DNA of 64,000 nucleotides from Mytilus edulis (Eukaryota): NCBI RefSeq assembly GCF_963676685.1, contig NC_092352.1, positions 31,434,001 to 31,498,000 of the forward strand, read 5' to 3'. Shown piece by piece: positions 54,299 to 64,000 of this stretch (position 1 is its first letter; each line of letters starts with the position of its first letter). The notes under the pieces were generated by a model. It saw only the letters and a program-made list of their open reading frames with translations, ran no database searches and was not told where the DNA came from. The position numbers and the translations under genes were made by a program.

Positions 54299-54963
54299 TT
54301 CCTCTTGTCCTTTTGTTATGTTTTTAATCTTTTGATCTATTTAAGATTACACCAATCTATAAGAAATATGATAAGATGTTTTAAGTATGAATTGTTTACC
54401 CATACTATGGATGACTCTGTTTTCATGAATCTATATACACAAAAAACAAACTTACCGTACTAAAAATAAGGAAGTACATGTAAAAAACAAACAATTATGT
54501 CGTAAAAGAAATTTTGAAAAACATTTCCTTTTGCAATTTTCTGAAAATAAAATGCATGTTCCCTTTTATTTTTGACATCATGATATTACATATATTTATA
54601 TTTAGGGATACAAACTATGCAATTTTCTCATGTGGCAGAACCAAAAAAAAAAAAAGGTTCAGCGGCATTTTGCTACTACTTCATCTTAAGGTAGCACAAT
54701 ACAAAGATTTTTTCACTCCCAATCAGACAACTTTAAACTGATGTATTTCAATTCATCCTTCTTTATATTTTATAAATGAGGTACCAAAAGAAAGAAGAAA
54801 GATTAATCTTTCAAATTGTGATAATTTCATTATGACATAATTATTACATAATCAATTGTTTTGTAATTAGTCGCTATATTGTGATGTCCATACTAGAATG
54901 AATTTAGCTTCTTTGTTCTTCATAGCATCCCAAAATATTTTATAGATTGTTGTACAACACAGC

Positions 54964-55314
54964 TTGATCTCCAAAACTGTCAGTTTAGCCGAATTAGTTT
55001 TGGATAGTGATATGTTTTTATTTCGACCTTTGTACAGAAGTAAGAAAAAATGTGCATTAATTAGTATTAACAAACCTATTAGTTACACTACTGCTAGGGA
55101 GTGTGTTATTAAGAGATTAAGACTAGTTGCACCTGAATTGAATCTTGGGTTGCATTCGCTTAGGTCTGGTGGTGCCACTATGGCGGCAAACTCAGGTGTC
55201 AATGAAAGGTGCTGGAAGCGCCATGGTAGATGGAAAAGTGATTCAAGCAAAGACGGCTACGTAGCCGACTCTGTAGAAAGTAGGTTAGCCGTATCTAAAA
55301 CTTTAGGCTTGTAG
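54964..55314 (+). mobile_element. Tyrosine recombinase C-terminal fragment (DIRS/Ngaro-type YR retrotransposon)
   Basis: ISYTTARE...GLHSLRSGGAT...KRHGRWKSDSSKDGY carries the H-x-x-R, W and Y catalytic motifs; 5' truncated. Confidence 0.85.
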
Positions 55315-55371
55315 TATATTTATTTTCTTATTTTTCTATCTTTGTTGCTCTTTGCAGTACTCGAGCTAGTC

Positions 55372-55745
55372 AACAACTGATAATTTAAAAGTTCAATACC
55401 TTCAGATATCTTCTGTTTAGCCCTCGCAGCAGATGGGTCTTTTGGCTCGATAACAGCTTCTGCTTCTTTCAACGCGACAGACACTTTCTGGTTGAACTTA
55501 AATTGATCTTCACAACTTTTCCTCTGAAATTTGTAACTGTCTGTTGATAACAGGTCATTGTGAATACGGTTGAACTGCGCTTCCGAACGTTCCTTCTGTT
55601 GTTGGTCATAAACTTGAAATTTAGTAGTAAATAAACTGTCCAACTTAGATAAAAATTCATTCTGTGATCTATTTACTTCTTCACTAACGATACGCTTCAC
55701 ATTATTTTCTAAGTCATCCATAGCGTGACGGTGAACGGCACTCAC
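55372..55745 (-). mobile_element. Gag/ORF1-like fragment of a YR retrotransposon
   Basis: Coiled-coil followed by FQRKSCEDQFKFNQKV...AKQKISEGIELL resembles DIRS/Ngaro ORF1 N-termini; truncated at its junction with the YR fragment. Confidence 0.6.
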
Positions 55746-58700
55746 AAAATACGATGTTCACAGTACGAAGTACAGGCTAGAATTAACTATATAAAACAGT
55801 CACTTTACAGCCTAATTTTTTGGCGCCAAAAATTCCTACGCCTACACGTACATGTATTACACATGCGCAAGAAGACAATCAATTCCCGTTATACTTATGT
55901 GCCTCGGGAATTTTTTATTAGTTGTATAACACTATAATCAGACATGACATGGAAAGATTTCAAAAACAGATAGGGATTTCGGCATGAATCAATATATCAA
56001 TTAAATGCGGTTTTAAAACCACAGACGAACATCTATGCCAAATTTATATAATGAGAAACTCATGTGTTTGTTATCTTTTCAAAACACTTGACCTGTTCCA
56101 AACATTTTTCATGTACTGATTTAAGAGTTCGTTCGAAAATGGGATTAGGCACATGTGTCTATCATTATACATATAGTTTTTTACAATTGCATGCTAAAGT
56201 TTATTATTTTCATTTTTTGGTTGACACATCAAAAATAATTTCTTAAGATACCTCAAAAATGTAAATACCTCCACCGTAATCAATCAGGGCATTTGTTGTA
56301 AAACCTTGACTCTCCGTCCTCTCGTCTGTTCATGGATCTGTCCTTTCGTTCGTCCGTCCCATTTTTCTTTCGAAACTGTAACTTAAGTATTCAATATCAA
56401 AATTTCATAGTACTCATACACAATGTTGACAATGAATCACAAAACCGTTCTAGAGTCATGCCTGTTATAACTGAGATAATTGCATATATTTTTCGTTTCT
56501 ACACTCAGACTTTAATTTGTCAGTCTAAATTTTATGAAACCCAAACGCAATGCAATGAACCACACAACACAGACAGAGTTGAAATTTTGACAGAATGTCA
56601 TGAATTGTTTTAAAGTCATGGCTTTTATGTATATTATAACTTGAAAGATTGCAATATTTACAGTTTCGGCTTTGACTTAAGTTTGTCTTTTCGAAATTTT
56701 TTTAAACTCTACACATTCTAAGCAAAATAATATATTTTTAATTTTCGATTGTCACATCAAGTTAACCTTCACTTAGATATCTAAAACTTGTTAATGTCCC
56801 ACTATTGTCAACAACAATGAGTCACTTATCACTCTATCGTTATGTCCTTATTTAACATGGAAAATTGCTAATTGTGCCTTTTACCTATTGTTTTCTCGTC
56901 TCAGACAGAGTTCAAATTTAGTAATGAGTCACTCGCCGTTCTAGAGTTTTGCACCTTAATAACTTGGTTTCTACACTATAACTTAAGTTTGTCTGATCTA
57001 AATTTCATGAATTGCATACACAAAATACAAAATGCAGACGGAGATTAAATTTTGGCAGAATGTCATTAACGGTTTTAGAGTAATGCTCCTTTATTACTGG
57101 AAAAAATTGCAATGTTTTCAGTTATCCGCACTCTAACTTGATTATGTTTAAACCCATACACAATTATAGTTTTAAATTCTTCGAATTTGGACCTTGGTTT
57201 AGGTATTCCCCAATGCAGCCTGTGCAAAGACATTCCTGTCCACAGACAAATTCTTCTTTTATTCTTTTTAATCCTTTGTGTTGACATTTTATTTTTATTT
57301 TTAAAAAGCAAACCGCTATCATACAACTCCTTCCGCACTTTTCTGAAGATTCAAATGATTGCTTAGAACTGTCTCCTAATCACACATTATTTTTTTTTCT
57401 TTTTGAATGGCTATCAATTAAATAGTTATCTCATTTGTTATAATTCCAAAGCTCATTTTTTTTATTAAAGCATCTATTACCTTCGATTTCTGCTATATAA
57501 AGATGGCGTTCACTAAAATGTTGAGTAACTATCAATCTCTATGCACTAGAATTTGTTTTCTATTCTTTCTTTTAAGTTACTTTACAACTTTGCTGTAACT
57601 TTTTATGACATTCCTAAATTTAGAGCTGTATTAATTTTTCGACAAATTCTCACGTTTATGTATGTAAGATTCCATCTAAAGATGTCTTTCGGTAATGTGT
57701 GTCGTTGAATTGTTGTTTTATTGACCTATTCACAATATCTTCTTTAATAAAGCATATGCATCAAACTTAATAAAGTCTCTTTACGGAACATTTACATGAG
57801 CAAACTATGAAAAACCATGCTGTATAGTCCGCTATATTATAATATTTTTATCACGCATTTAATGTTGGCTTTTATTTAGTTTTTAAAATTATTCAAAAGC
57901 ACACATACATACATCCAGACGCTTTATAAAAAAGGCAATAGAAGTTCAAACATCAAATGATATTATTAGTCTTGGATATGGGATCTTTATAGGTAAAATA
58001 CAATAGAAATATTTTTTTAATGTTGTCCTTGACATCAATATTCTACGACAAATTTACCAAAGTTTTGTCATTCGTTGTGACTATTTCAAATAGACGTGTG
58101 TATAAATATCGTGTAAGCATTGCGAAACAAAGATTCTGTGGAACACAAACTTAAATTTACTACATATACAAGAGCATGGCGTTTTGACTCGAAAACTAAG
58201 TGGGACAGTGGGTTAAATGATTCTTGTTGTTTAAATCAGTAATCGGTGTTCGTGTTTTATATAAAAAAAAATGATAATTTGTTTTCCTTAACATGTTACA
58301 TGATAGCGGATATGATCCTAGCGTCGTAGCTACAATCCCGTCCCATTTTCACGAAGTGACATACCGTATTGGACTTGTTTCCGGTTTTTCACTAACATGA
58401 GCATCAGGATCTGCTTACATTTCCAAAATGTTCCATCTACCAAATTCGCTTCCCGACATAGCAACGTCCGAAATAAACTGTACTAGGTAGATACTAGTGA
58501 TATAGAACAGTTAAAACTTGTAACAATAAACATTTCTCAATGTGTTTTTGCAATGTTGTGTGTACTATTTAAATGTCCAAGATATGCGCACTGATGAAGT
58601 TACACCGATATGTGATGTATATATATTACATTACATGTATGTTTCAGAAGAATCCATTGTTTTGATTGGATTACAACGCTTGTGCGTCATACTTATAAAT

Positions 58701-58834
58701 TCACCTTAATATCCCAACGAAGTTTAACATTCACGATGACACGTGCGTTCACAAAAAAGTGCACAGTTTTTAAAGAAATAAATGATAAATATATCGATTT
58801 TTCATGATCATACCAAAAAATGTAATTATAAGTA

Positions 58835-59142
58835 TTGAAAAAGAGGGACGAAAGATACCAAAGGGACAGTCAAACTCATAAATCTAAAACAAACTGACAA
58901 CGCCATGGCTAAAAATGAAAAAGACAAACAAACAACAGCACACACGACACAACATAGAAAACTTAAGAATAAACAACACGAACCCCACCAAAAAACTAGG
59001 GGTGATCTCAGGTGCTCCGAAAGGGTAAGCAGCTCCTGCTCCACATGCGGCACCCGTCGTGTTGCTTATGTGATAAAAAATCCGGTAAATAGTCTAATTC
59101 GGTAGGTCACATTCAGGAAGGGAAGGGGATCGTAGTTACGAC
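58835..59142 (-). repeat. Inverted copy of the Penelope-associated tail (20010-20320)
   Basis: Reverse complement of gtcgtaactacaatcccc...gagcacctgagatcaccc...ccatggc..tgtcagt. Confidence 0.85.
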
Positions 59143-59674
59143 TTTTGAATGCTTCTTTTAGTAATGTCATAGGGTTGTAAAAGCGTTGACCGTGTGCAAA
59201 TCATAAATCTATTGCACAAGTTTATCAAAACAATCCATTTGATATATTATTAATTATTTTATTAAAAAATCATAGATTTTATATTTATTTATCATTCTCC
59301 TTTAGAAATGTATGGCATATGTTCAGTGAATATGATATTTCGGGATCCGCACTCTATATAAAAGGTTATACTGATAAATAGAACAATTATTTACACAAAG
59401 TTTCCAAATAAATACCTCAATATTTTTTCTCAAAAAGAAAAAGATAAGTTATGGTACGTGTGATAATTGTTGTTCTTAGTGATCGATAAACTGCATAACT
59501 TTACTGATACTCTTTTCAGTTTTGAATAATCTTCATGTTATAATTATATTCCGTTGCTATTTTTTGAAGAAACTCTCTTGGTCTTATTAATGTTTATTAA
59601 TGTTAACTTGCATATTTTAGATTTGAATTATAAAGTCTTGTGTGTTTTGCATGATACATTCATCCTACTTGGAA

Positions 59675-60199
59675 TTAGTACCAATCTGAATCTGAATCTT
59701 GATTTGAATTGTATGAATCACAGTCAAACCCACAACCATCAGAATCACTACAACTGTTGTCTGAGTCTGGAACAACTCCGGTGAATTTTATTAATTTTAA
59801 ACATGATGCTGGTACTGTACCCATCAGTAAAACTTCCTGGTGACTATCTGCAAATTTGTGAAAGTTTTCATTTATCTCTTTGTCAGATATTTCGTATTTT
59901 CTTCTCAACATCTTTGTTCGCAAATCAATTATTTCTACATTATCTGGTAAACTACCAACGTCGATTTCTGCAATGTGCTTCATACCCCATTTATATCCAC
60001 TGTTTAGTTTCAAATTCCTAAACGATTCTGCTTTGTAAAGTGACGCGCATGTTGAAATATACTGAGAAGAACGACCTCTTTTGCTTCCAGTTGCAACATG
60101 GGTAGCCACATCTTTTTCTGCGCCTGGTGATTTTGCTGTTAATCCCTTAGTTATATCTTCATTCTCATGAAGAAGTCGGTACAACTTCGGAATATCTTC
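59675..60199 (-). CDS. ART-like gene D, exon 3 (catalytic domain plus acidic tail)
   Basis: attatcag|60199, phase 0. LYRLLH...QYISTCAS...HQEVLLMGTVP...DSDSDWY*. Confidence 0.85.
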   Translation of the reverse strand, partial: EDIPKLYRLLHENEDITKGLTAKSPGAEKDVATHVATGSKRGRSSQYISTCASLYKAESFRNLKLNSGYKWGMKHIAEIDVGSLPDNVEIIDLRTKMLRRKYEISDKEINENFHKFADSHQEVLLMGTVPASCLKLIKFTGVVPDSDNSCSDSDGCGFDCDSYNSNQDSDSDWY

Positions 60200-60793
60200 C
60201 TGATAATTAGAACACAAAATAAAAATCAAGTAATATACCTCGACTAAATGAAAATTACTGATAACATTTGTTTAACATTGTGGAGGAATTCGCCTTTTAA
60301 TTGTTTTTTTTTATATATACCACTATCCTATTTTTTCTCTCACAGAAACAAACAGATACAGGGAACACTGAATTCCTTGTTAGAAACATTATACTATCCC
60401 CTCTACAAGCCGTCATTTTCATTATTATTATTTGCATAAAAATAGGTATGTGGTACGTTTGCAAATGAGAAAAACTATTCATTGGCGGCATTTTGTCTAA
60501 TGTTGTGGTTCTTCTTCTGATGTTTTTTAACATCTCACCTCTTACAAAAATAGTTTATTAATTTTGTATTTACATCGCGTCATGATAGATCAAATGCGTT
60601 CGTTAAATGTTTTTGATAATATGTCTTTTGATTGAGTGAATCCGTTTCAATTGATAATTTATAGGGTGTTTTTCTATGATGTGATGTTACACTATTGTTT
60701 CGGGTAAAGGTGAAAGTTGGAACCTCAAAGACGCAATGTTACCATCGGTAAATACATATTAGTGTTTATTTAGATAATGTAAAAATAATATAC

Positions 60794-60985
60794 CGCTTCT
60801 TTTCTTTTTTTCACAGGTTGTGGTATGTTTTCATCGTCATTCTCTTTCTCATTTTCAGGTTCATCCTCTTCCTCATTTTCAGATTCATCACAGTCTGTTT
60901 TGATTTTTTTAATGACTGGTTCATCTGTCAGTGATGGTGAGGTAGAATTTCTACGTTTTCCTAATGTATTCGTCTCTACATTTTT
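60794..60985 (-). CDS. ART-like gene D, exon 2 (NLS-like/acidic)
   Basis: ttttcag|60985 to GCG|GTAT at 60794; 192 nt. KNVETNTLGKRRNSTSPSLTDEPVIKKIKTDCDESENEEEDEP...VKKRKEA. Confidence 0.82.
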
Positions 60986-61436
60986 CTGAAAATTAAATAT
61001 TGATTAAAGAACGATAACTCGAAATACAAAATATGAAGTTAGTGCAGATCTCACTATGTAACGTTATCATTTTTAATGAAAATGTTCCAGTATTTATAAT
61101 GCGTCATGTATCCTCCCCAGAAGAAACATTGCTATACTAATTATTGTTTTTTTTTATAATACACAGTATAATTTAAGATTAAATAAACATATTTTAAGCT
61201 ACATTAACTCGCCTTTAAAAGCAAAACGTGACACGGCAATATTAACTTTTGTGTATATACATTTTGGGTTAACCTTTCATTTTTATTTCCCGAAAAATCG
61301 GGACGGAATGTCAAGTTAAATCTTAAATACATCTATTTCCTATATAAAAAGTAACAATTAATCAATTAACTAATCAAGCCAATCATACTGGTTACGAACA
61401 TAATAAATTGTTTTCAATGAACTTTAAAAACGTTAC

Positions 61437-61499
61437 CTCTGCTTGGTTCTTCTCAGATCCGTTTTCTTCATTTCCGTTTTTTATATTACCTAGGTCCAT
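61437..61499 (-). CDS. ART-like gene D, exon 1
   Basis: ATG 61499, MDLGNIKNGNEENGSEKNQAE|GTAAC, 63 nt. Confidence 0.75.
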
Positions 61500-62367
61500 T
61501 CCTTCTATTCTTTGTTTATTCCATAAGTTTTGTGGTCAATTTTAAATTTGCCTAAGCATTTACAAAGGAAAAGATACGATTTAGTCTGAAATGTGACATT
61601 TTTGTCTATTAAAACATCTGTATATAAACATGGTTGTTACGAAAATGTTCAACAAAGAACTGATAAAACAATTATGTCGTCTCTGATAACAACACACAAA
61701 ACAAATATCTTTTTGCAATATTCTGAAATCAAATGTACTTTCACTTTCATTTTTGAAAAAAAATATTATAGTTCATTTTTATTAAATATTTGATTATGTC
61801 ATGTTTTAATCTGCCTGTTATATACTTCCCGTTCTAAAATCCAGCTTAGTAGAACACAATACTGAATCATATAGTATCTATTATTTTCCAATGTGATAAC
61901 CAGACCAATATTGAAATGAATCGGTATGCAGGTATTACTATATTTAAAAAAATGATTAGTTTTAAGAAGCTTTTCTCATACAATTTATACTGTGTTTACT
62001 AAATCCATTGCACTAGCTTGTTCTGTTTGATGCTCTTGTTTGGTCTAAGGTTTATTCTAAAAAAAAATTATAAACTGAATAAGCTTTCTCAAAATGTGAT
62101 ACTCGTAGATAGTACTTTGCGTCTGTTATCTTCATGTTAGATCATTTTGAGTTTTTGTGCTATTATGTTGGTCGAGAAATTTACAACTGAATTTAAATAT
62201 CATGATGTTGCACTGTCGCAGGTAAGTAATGGGTGCATTTTGCGCTCCTTCCTTTGTAAGGTTTGTGTGATTTGGTTCATTTATATGTTTCTGAGTTATA
62301 CGTGGCGTCAATTTCACTGCATGAGTTGGATTATGTTGAGGATCAGCCGAAACCTGCCTTCAAGTGT

Positions 62368-62530
62368 TGGATTATCATTGGTGGCCTTGGGCTGGTTTTC
62401 TGCTCTTTGGGTGTGTCATTGTCTGGATTATCATTCGTGGCCTGGGGCTGGTTTTCTGCTCTTTGGTTGTGTCGTTGTCTGGATTATCATTGGTGGCCTT
62501 GAGCTGTTTTTCTTCTCTTTAGGTGTGTCG
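62368..62530. repeat. Minisatellite, ~3 x 56 bp
   Basis: ggattatcatt.gtggcct.g.gctg.tttt..ctcttt.g.tgtgtc occurs three times. Confidence 0.8.
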
Positions 62531-63007
62531 TATTTTTGTCACATTATCTGTTTCCATACTATATTATATTTACTTAGCCACATTTTATATATGGTTTTCC
62601 TGCCAGTTGTTGTTTGTTGCTGTATGCCATATTGTTTTTGGAATAGTTTTTATGTAATTTTTTCCAATATTGCCCCAACACTCTGAGTGGATACAGTGAA
62701 AAATTTTGAATATTTATGAATTTTTGATTGCAAAAAAATGTACCAAAATAATGTTTTATCTAAAATTGCAAAACAGAAGATATGTGATCAGTTTAAGCAG
62801 AATTGTAGAACAACTATTTTTAACTCATTAAAATGTCTTACTTATATAATTTTTATAGACAAGACAAGACAAATACTTTATTAAAGTTTCACCTTATGTG
62901 CATACATCTAAAACATATAAATATATATAAACAACAGCGTATACATAAGCCACTCTAAAAAGAGTTTCAAGAGACTGATTAAAACACATATACACAAATA
63001 TATATAG

Positions 63008-63178
63008 ACCTCATGGTCTAGAGCGCTGGACATGAGGCTAAGCGATTGGTGCTGTAGTGTATCAAAGGTGTGAGTTCGAATCCCGCTGAGGGACGGACAA
63101 AAACTTGTCAGTATAAAATCTAACTCTAACACTGTTTGGTGTAATTTTCAGACTTATATATATATATATATATATATA
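63008..63178 (+). mobile_element. tRNA-derived SINE with (TA)n tail
   Basis: A-box-like TGGTCTAGAG, B-box GAGTTCGAATCCC (~63072-63084), ending in (TA)n. Confidence 0.7.
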
Positions 63179-63264
63179 AGTACGTCTGAGTCAGTGACAA
63201 CCCTACAACAGATGTATCCATCGGATCGCCATCAATGATGGTGATACATGGCTGTGTACATAAT

Positions 63265-63617
63265 GTATATACAACTCGTCTAAACATCAACCCAACAATG
63301 TTAGATCTGTAAATTTGCGTTCGCAAATTTTTGGTTCTTCCCTTGCCGGGATTCGATAACATCTTCATGCCTTATATATCATGTACTGTAGTACGCCGCT
63401 AGATTAAAACTGACGTGGAAAGGTAACACATGCCCACCGAAAGCTCTTTTTTAGAGAGCCCAGGTGGTCGTGTGGTCTAGCGGGACGGCTGTAGTGCAGG
63501 CGATTTGGTGTCACGATATCACAGTAGCATGGGTTCGAATCCCGGCAAGGGAAGAACCAAAAATTTGCGAAAGCAAATTTACAGATCTAACATTGTTGGG
63601 TTGATGTTTAGACGAGT

Positions 63618-63660
<43 letters not shown>
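63265..63660. mobile_element. tRNA-SINE with an inverted partial copy (foldback) between TA microsatellites
   Basis: + copy ~63460-63622 (TGGTCTAGCGG, GGTTCGAATCCC) followed by (TA)n to ~63659. Its 3' ~88 bp is inverted at ~63268-63357. Confidence 0.75.
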
Positions 63661-64000
63661 GTATTAAACCTATATGTTACATCGACCTTTACATGCTATA
63701 TAAAAGGTTAATTTCAGCTTACACATAAAACACACAAAAAAGAGTCATTAACTTGATTAAAACGTATTGACATAAAACATGTAAAAATAATGTATATACA
63801 ATCATTTAACATATAAAACACATTTTTTTTAATAATATGATATGGCAGATTATGGCAGTATAAAATTGCATATCATCCTTATTAAACATAAATATAAGTT
63901 TTTTTTTTAAATGTAATCATTGTTAAGAATATTATTTAGTAGATTTACCAGGCGTTTCGAAAAAAGCCTAGTGCAATTTTAGATGTCTTAATTACTTGTT

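Noticed and set aside
62147-62686. 179-aa hydrophobic ORF
   Set aside because: Spans a minisatellite and T-rich sequence, has no recognisable domain and no convincing start.
63460-63545. Functional tRNA gene
   Set aside because: Has A/B boxes but no clean cloverleaf, and continues into a SINE body with a (TA)n tail.

Overview
AT-rich, intron-containing animal genomic DNA. The dispersed repeat families look like those of a mytilid bivalve (Mytilus-like); this is inferred from repeat recognition, not checked. The left part holds a degraded CR1/L2-group LINE (2A-like peptide, PHD finger, endonuclease, RT; about 0.46-4.24 kb) and a three-coding-exon PRDM8-type PR/SET zinc-finger gene (10.5-13.9 kb, +), followed by a non-autonomous Helitron. 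The right half (31-61.5 kb, - strand) holds the most interesting system: a tandem array of four paralogous R-S-E-type ADP-ribosyltransferase-like exons (LYR...YIS[T/I]C...HQEVLL.G.VP). Three build complete 3-exon, all-phase-0 genes whose N-termini carry bipartite-NLS-like, acidic and SUMO-consensus repeats. The fourth is an orphan exon next to an inverted, broken copy of exon 2. Interspersed are Penelope-like fragments with decayed type I hammerhead ribozyme motifs, SINEs, a cointegrate-like composite TIR element, a rearranged DIRS/YR fragment and short tandem duplications.
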